Part shown: positions 59,773 through 64,000 of the stretch, one piece after another | How positions within the stretch are numbered: position 1 is the first letter of the stretch | How the letters are laid out: each line of letters starts with the position of its first letter | Source: Polyangiaceae bacterium | Lineage (GTDB): Bacteria; Myxococcota_A; Polyangia; Polyangiales; Polyangiaceae | NCBI GenBank assembly: GCA_050287085.1 | Contig: JBNKBE010000004.1 | Location: 160,288 to 224,287, forward strand | Direction: 5' to 3' | DNA: 64,000 nt | Notes under the pieces: model-generated | Database searches by the model: none | What the model was told of the DNA's origin: nothing | The model's input: only the letters and a program-made list of their open reading frames with translations | Position numbers and translations under genes: made by a program

Positions 59773-61992
59773 ATGCTCAACGATCCATCCACCGCGCCGG
59801 AACGCCCCAAGCACGCACTCGAGTTGCGTGCGCTGCGCTCTCTTCAGAAGCATTGGTTGTTGGCGGCGGTGGTGACCGCTAGCGTTACAGCCGCGGCGGC
59901 CTTTTACGCGCTTGGCCGGCCCAAGATCTATCGCGCCTCGGCCACGCTGCTGATCGATCCAACGCCTCCAAAGCCGCTCGGACAGTCTGTTCAGAGCGTG
60001 GTCGATCTTGGGACGGGCTTGTACTGGAACAATCACGAGTATTACGAGACGCAATACCGCATCATTCGGAGCACCAATACGGCGCTGCGAACGGTCAGGG
60101 CTCTCAATCTGCACCATGATGCGGGGTTCGTGCTCAATCTGGGAGCGGAACAGACGCCGCCACAGGAGCAGGCGCTCGCCGATACCGAGCTTGCCGAGCG
60201 GGCCGCGGCTGCGGCCTTACTCACACGGCTGAAGGTCGAAGCCATCAAGGATAGTCGCCTCGTCTCGGTGAGTTTCGAGGACGCAGATCCGGCGCGCGCC
60301 CAAAGGGTAACCGCCGCTCTGATCGGCATCTATGTCGATCAGAACGTCGATCGGGTGCTGGAGTCGACCAAGATGGCGTCCGAGTGGCTCGGCGTGCAGC
60401 TGGAGCGATTGCGGGAGGAGCTCTCGGATAGCGAGCTGGCGCTGCATCAATACAAGCGCGACAAGAACATTCTGAGCGTCTCTGTGGACGATCAGAGCAA
60501 CATGTTGCGCGAGGAGCTCCGAATGCTGAATCAGCGCCATACGGAAGCTCGTATAGAACTTGAGGCGCTGCGAGCGCGACAGCACGAGCTGGCGGGGGTT
60601 GATGCAGAAAACCCGGTGGAGCTGCCAGCGCCTGAGCTGCTCGACAGCCAGCTCTTGTCCACATTCCGCTCGCAATACGTTGAAGCCCGTCAAGCGGTGG
60701 GTGCGTTGCGAGGGAGCGGCAAAGGGATCAATCACCCTGAGGTGAAAGCCGCTTCCGCTCAAGAAGAGACGTTGCGGTTGGCTCTGGTTGATGAAGTTCG
60801 CAACATCCAGACAGCGGTGGAACGCTCGCTCAAGAGCAAAGAACGAGAGGTTGCGGCCCTTGGTGGACTGCTGGAGCGGGCGAAAGACCGTGGACTTGAA
60901 CTCAATCGCTTGGAGTTGGAGTACCGGCGGCTGGAGCGGTCGAAAACCAATACAGAGAAGCTCTATTCGCTTGTGCTGGAGCGTTCGAAGGAGAGCAACC
61001 TGACGCAGATCATGCGCTTCAACAACATCAGCGTGGTCGACCCGCCAGCGGTACCCACGGCGAGCGTAAAGCCCCGTGTTCCGTTGTACGTTGCGGGAGG
61101 CTTCCTGGGGGGACTGGTCCTTGGGCTGTTTGGCGCGTGGTTGCGAGGCGTGCTCGACCGAACCTTGAAGACGCCGGAAGAGATCGAGGAGCAGCTCGGT
61201 CTGCCCGTGTTGGGGATGTTGCCGCGAGCTGGGCAAGGCCCGACCTACGGACGCCGCGCCCGCCGCGGGCGGACGGGAACGGATCAGGCGCCAGAGTTGG
61301 CCGCGTTTCGGGAGCCGCACGGCACGGTTGCGGAGGCCTCACGGGCGGTGCGGACCAACCTCATGTTCATTGCCCCAGACACCCCTCAGAAGCGGCTGCT
61401 GATCACCAGTGGCGGTCCATCGGAGGGAAAGACCACGGTTGCCTGTAGCATTGCCATCGCAATGGCGCAGGCTGAGCAACGAGTGCTCCTGCTCGATTGC
61501 GACCTGCGCAAACCCCGACTTCACCGGGTCTTCTCTCGTCACAACGACTGGGGAGTATCGAGCTTGATCCTCGATCCCGAGTCTCTTGATGAGGCGGAGC
61601 TCGCGACTGAAATCCCGCACTTGAGTTTGCTGCCGGCAGGACCCCAAGCGCCAAACCCCGCAGAGCTGCTGCAAAGCAAGAAGTTTCAGACGATCTTGGC
61701 GAAGCTCGAGGAGCGTTTTGACCGAATCGTGATCGACAGCCCACCGATTGCGGCGGTCACAGATGCAACGGTGCTTTCTACTCAATCAGACGGAGTTGTA
61801 TTCGTGGTTCGAGGCGCGGCGACGAATTCGGAGCTTGCACGGCGCGCAATACGAGCGCTGCGGGACGTCAAGGGCAAGCTTCTCGGTGTTGTGCTCAACG
61901 GCATGGACCTCTCGCCGCGCGGTCACGAGTCGCAGTATTACTATCGTTACAGCTATTACGGTCGCCAACAAGACGACGTACAAGCGTCCTGA
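59773..61992 (+). CDS. wzc: Polysaccharide co-polymerase/tyrosine autokinase (Wzc family)
   Basis: Two TM helices flanking a coiled coil, Walker A GPSEGKTT, DCDLRKP, IDSPP and the C-terminal tyrosine cluster YYYRYSYY. Confidence 0.93.
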   Translation: MLNDPSTAPERPKHALELRALRSLQKHWLLAAVVTASVTAAAAFYALGRPKIYRASATLLIDPTPPKPLGQSVQSVVDLGTGLYWNNHEYYETQYRIIRSTNTALRTVRALNLHHDAGFVLNLGAEQTPPQEQALADTELAERAAAAALLTRLKVEAIKDSRLVSVSFEDADPARAQRVTAALIGIYVDQNVDRVLESTKMASEWLGVQLERLREELSDSELALHQYKRDKNILSVSVDDQSNMLREELRMLNQRHTEARIELEALRARQHELAGVDAENPVELPAPELLDSQLLSTFRSQYVEARQAVGALRGSGKGINHPEVKAASAQEETLRLALVDEVRNIQTAVERSLKSKEREVAALGGLLERAKDRGLELNRLELEYRRLERSKTNTEKLYSLVLERSKESNLTQIMRFNNISVVDPPAVPTASVKPRVPLYVAGGFLGGLVLGLFGAWLRGVLDRTLKTPEEIEEQLGLPVLGMLPRAGQGPTYGRRARRGRTGTDQAPELAAFREPHGTVAEASRAVRTNLMFIAPDTPQKRLLITSGGPSEGKTTVACSIAIAMAQAEQRVLLLDCDLRKPRLHRVFSRHNDWGVSSLILDPESLDEAELATEIPHLSLLPAGPQAPNPAELLQSKKFQTILAKLEERFDRIVIDSPPIAAVTDATVLSTQSDGVVFVVRGAATNSELARRAIRALRDVKGKLLGVVLNGMDLSPRGHESQYYYRYSYYGRQQDDVQAS

Positions 61993-62030
61993 ACTGTGGC
62001 GTCGCTACGCTCTGCTCGTACTGCGGCCGC

Positions 62031-62113
62031 GGCGAACAGGCGGTCGAGGCGAACAGGCGTCGCGGCGAACAGGCGTCGCGGCGAACAGACGGTCGAGGCC
62101 AACAGGCGGTCGC
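62031..62113. repeat. 16/17-bp tandem repeat, consensus GGCGAACAGGC(G)GTCG(A/C), 5 copies
   Basis: Units start at 62031, 62048, 62064, 62080 and 62097. Confidence 0.9.
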
Positions 62114-62132
62114 GATATTCACGGGGCGGGCG

Positions 62133-63278
62133 TTAACCACGCGCCCGGCGTTGCGAGCTCTGGCGTGCTGCAAACACAATAGCGTCCGTCATACCCGTGA
62201 CCATGCGCTCCACCGTTAGCGTTTGCGCGGTGGCCCGCGCGCCGCGCGACAGTCGTGCAAGTCCTGACGGCTCCTGCAGCAAGCGCTGTAGGGCGCTCAG
62301 CAGCTCGGGCCCGCGGCAGCGGCTCAGCGCCAGGCCGTTGTAGTCGTGGTGAAGGTAGGTAAACTCGCGGTGGCTTCCTTCAGGGCTGGCAACTACGGGC
62401 AGCCCGTACGTGAACGCGTGCACGATGTTGAGCCCCACGCCGCCCGGAAAACAGGCGAGCGCAGAACTGAGAAACCACGGCGCCAGTTGTTCCTCGTCGT
62501 AGAGGGCTCCGACAAAACGACAGCGCCCGGCGATGCCCAGTCGCTGGGCGTGCGCTTCGTACTTCGCTCGCAGGGGGCCGTCGCCGACCACTGCCAGGAC
62601 CACTTCGGGGCCCAGTTTGGGCAAGACGTCTAGCAGGTCTTCGAGCCGTCGCCCGGGTGTTAGACGGGACACGAATAAGAGAACGTGGCGACCCTGAAGG
62701 TCGTTGTGTTTTCTAAATGTGGATAGCGCCGTTTCTGACCATCCGCTGATGGCTGCCCGAATAGGCGCGTCGTCCAAGGTGTTGGCGGCCACAAACACCG
62801 ACTCGCGTGGCCACCCGAGAGCAACGAAACGCTCGGCCGCGTCGGCATCGTAGAAGAGGCTGGCGTCGTGCAGGTGCCGTCGCCAGCGGCGAAAAGCGAG
62901 CAGTCGCACCGCATCGCCTGCCAGGGTAATGCCGTGCCCCCATAGGACTACCCCCTTGCCCTGCGCGCGAGCCCAGAGCAGCGCGGGGACCGCGCTGAGC
63001 GCCCTCGGTGAGTCGTCGAGGACCAGCACTTCAGCCCTGGAGCTTGCGGCAGCGAACATCGACGGATGCCACGAGGCGAGCGCTTGACCGCCGATGGTCA
63101 GTGTTCGAACGGGCCGTTGTTCGGCGAGGAAGCCGACGGGCGGCGCGTTGGGAAGCCCGGGTACGCGCCCATAGAGCACGCGCACGGAGAGCTCGGCGCG
63201 GGCGGATAGGGCGCGAAAGATCGGGACCCGGTAGTGTGGCAGCGCCGGCTGCTGTACAACCACCGAGATGGGCTCCAT
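62133..63278 (-). CDS. Glycosyltransferase family 4 (GT-B)
   Basis: MEPISVVVQQPALPHYRVP, WGHG, FVSRL, VGDGPLR and GLNIVHAFTYGLPVV. ATG 63278 preferred over the longer ORF start. Confidence 0.88.
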   Translation of the reverse strand: MEPISVVVQQPALPHYRVPIFRALSARAELSVRVLYGRVPGLPNAPPVGFLAEQRPVRTLTIGGQALASWHPSMFAAASSRAEVLVLDDSPRALSAVPALLWARAQGKGVVLWGHGITLAGDAVRLLAFRRWRRHLHDASLFYDADAAERFVALGWPRESVFVAANTLDDAPIRAAISGWSETALSTFRKHNDLQGRHVLLFVSRLTPGRRLEDLLDVLPKLGPEVVLAVVGDGPLRAKYEAHAQRLGIAGRCRFVGALYDEEQLAPWFLSSALACFPGGVGLNIVHAFTYGLPVVASPEGSHREFTYLHHDYNGLALSRCRGPELLSALQRLLQEPSGLARLSRGARATAQTLTVERMVTGMTDAIVFAARQSSQRRARG

Positions 63279-63371
63279 GTCTTGCTTTTCGGTCGAAGCG
63301 GGCCGCTTGTCAATTTCAATGCTGACAGGTTGCACGGCGTCCAAGTTAGCGGCTTCCTGTCTTCTCTGATC

Positions 63372-64000
63372 GTGACTCCTGCGCTCCTCCGAAACCTGCT
63401 CCTGCGCGCCCAGCTCGGCCCCCTGGCTCTCGCCTTCGGAACGCCACCCGCGCTGCGCTGGGTGTTGTTCAAGGGCTTTGCGCTGTCGGCCCGTTTGGAG
63501 CGGCCGATGCATACGCGGCACGTCCTCGATCTGGACGTGTGGGTGGCTCCAAGGGACGTCCTGCTGGCGGCGGCTCGCCTTGAAGAACTCGGATTTGCCT
63601 GTGCCAAACCGGTTGCTGCAGCGCTTGCTGACACAGCCTGCTGGCAACTGCCCTTTGTGCGTTGGGTGGACGGCGTTCGCCTGGATGTGGACCTGCACTG
63701 GCGTTTGCTTTCGCCCTGGCTCTTCCAGCGTTCACCCCCCATGGGCCGGGTCAGCGAGCCGCTGCGCTTGGACCAAACGGATGTCCTAACGCTCAATACC
63801 ACTTGGACAGTGCTTCAGCTGGCGGCACATTGGGCGCAGCACGAAGGCACAGAGCCCAGAATTCTAGATGACCTGGTGGCGGCTGGGCGAGACTTAGTCC
63901 TCGATTGGATGTCCATCCGACAGGAGGCTCGGGCCTATGGTCTCGAGCGGGCGCTGCAACATGCGCTCTGGTGCGCTCACCAGAGGCACCCTGGCGCGGC
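63372..64000 (+). CDS. Nucleotidyltransferase family protein (partial, runs off the right edge)
   Basis: Not in the ORF track. Manual translation from GTG 63372 gives VTPALLRNLLLR...VLFKGFAL...TRHVLDLDVWV...LEELGF...VDLHWRL, the KG / R..DLD / LHW pattern of this family. Confidence 0.75.
   Translation, partial: MTPALLRNLLLRAQLGPLALAFGTPPALRWVLFKGFALSARLERPMHTRHVLDLDVWVAPRDVLLAAARLEELGFACAKPVAAALADTACWQLPFVRWVDGVRLDVDLHWRLLSPWLFQRSPPMGRVSEPLRLDQTDVLTLNTTWTVLQLAAHWAQHEGTEPRILDDLVAAGRDLVLDWMSIRQEARAYGLERALQHALWCAHQRHPGA

Overview
GC-rich bacterial chromosome segment; gene content and protein styles suggest Myxococcota (Polyangia-like), which is an inference. It is mostly core genome: folC (partial), dut, bamD with a sigma-54 response regulator and an esterase, greA, a sulfatase-like/YfgM-like/BamB-like run, an orphan groEL, tRNA-Gln and tRNA-Glu, an imuA-imuB-dnaE2 mutasome, larE, rpsO-pnp, an rpoN-hpf-ptsN-hprK-rapZ-ptsH-ptsI operon, ligA, topA, mdh, thiG/thiE, trehalose genes and the start of a Wzc-type polysaccharide locus. 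The notable signals are non-coding. (1) A well-formed XerC/XerD dif site at 11485-11512 lies in a 1.15 kb gene-free, repeat-rich gap, with KOPS-like octamers polarised towards it, so the window probably spans the replication terminus. (2) A ~210 nt rod-like candidate structured RNA with a possible pseudoknot or alternative helix lies between hpf and ptsN. (3) A perfect 20-bp inverted repeat carrying E. coli-type SOS boxes precedes a relatively AT-rich imuABC cassette. All calls were made by eye from motifs; no database search or folding program was run.
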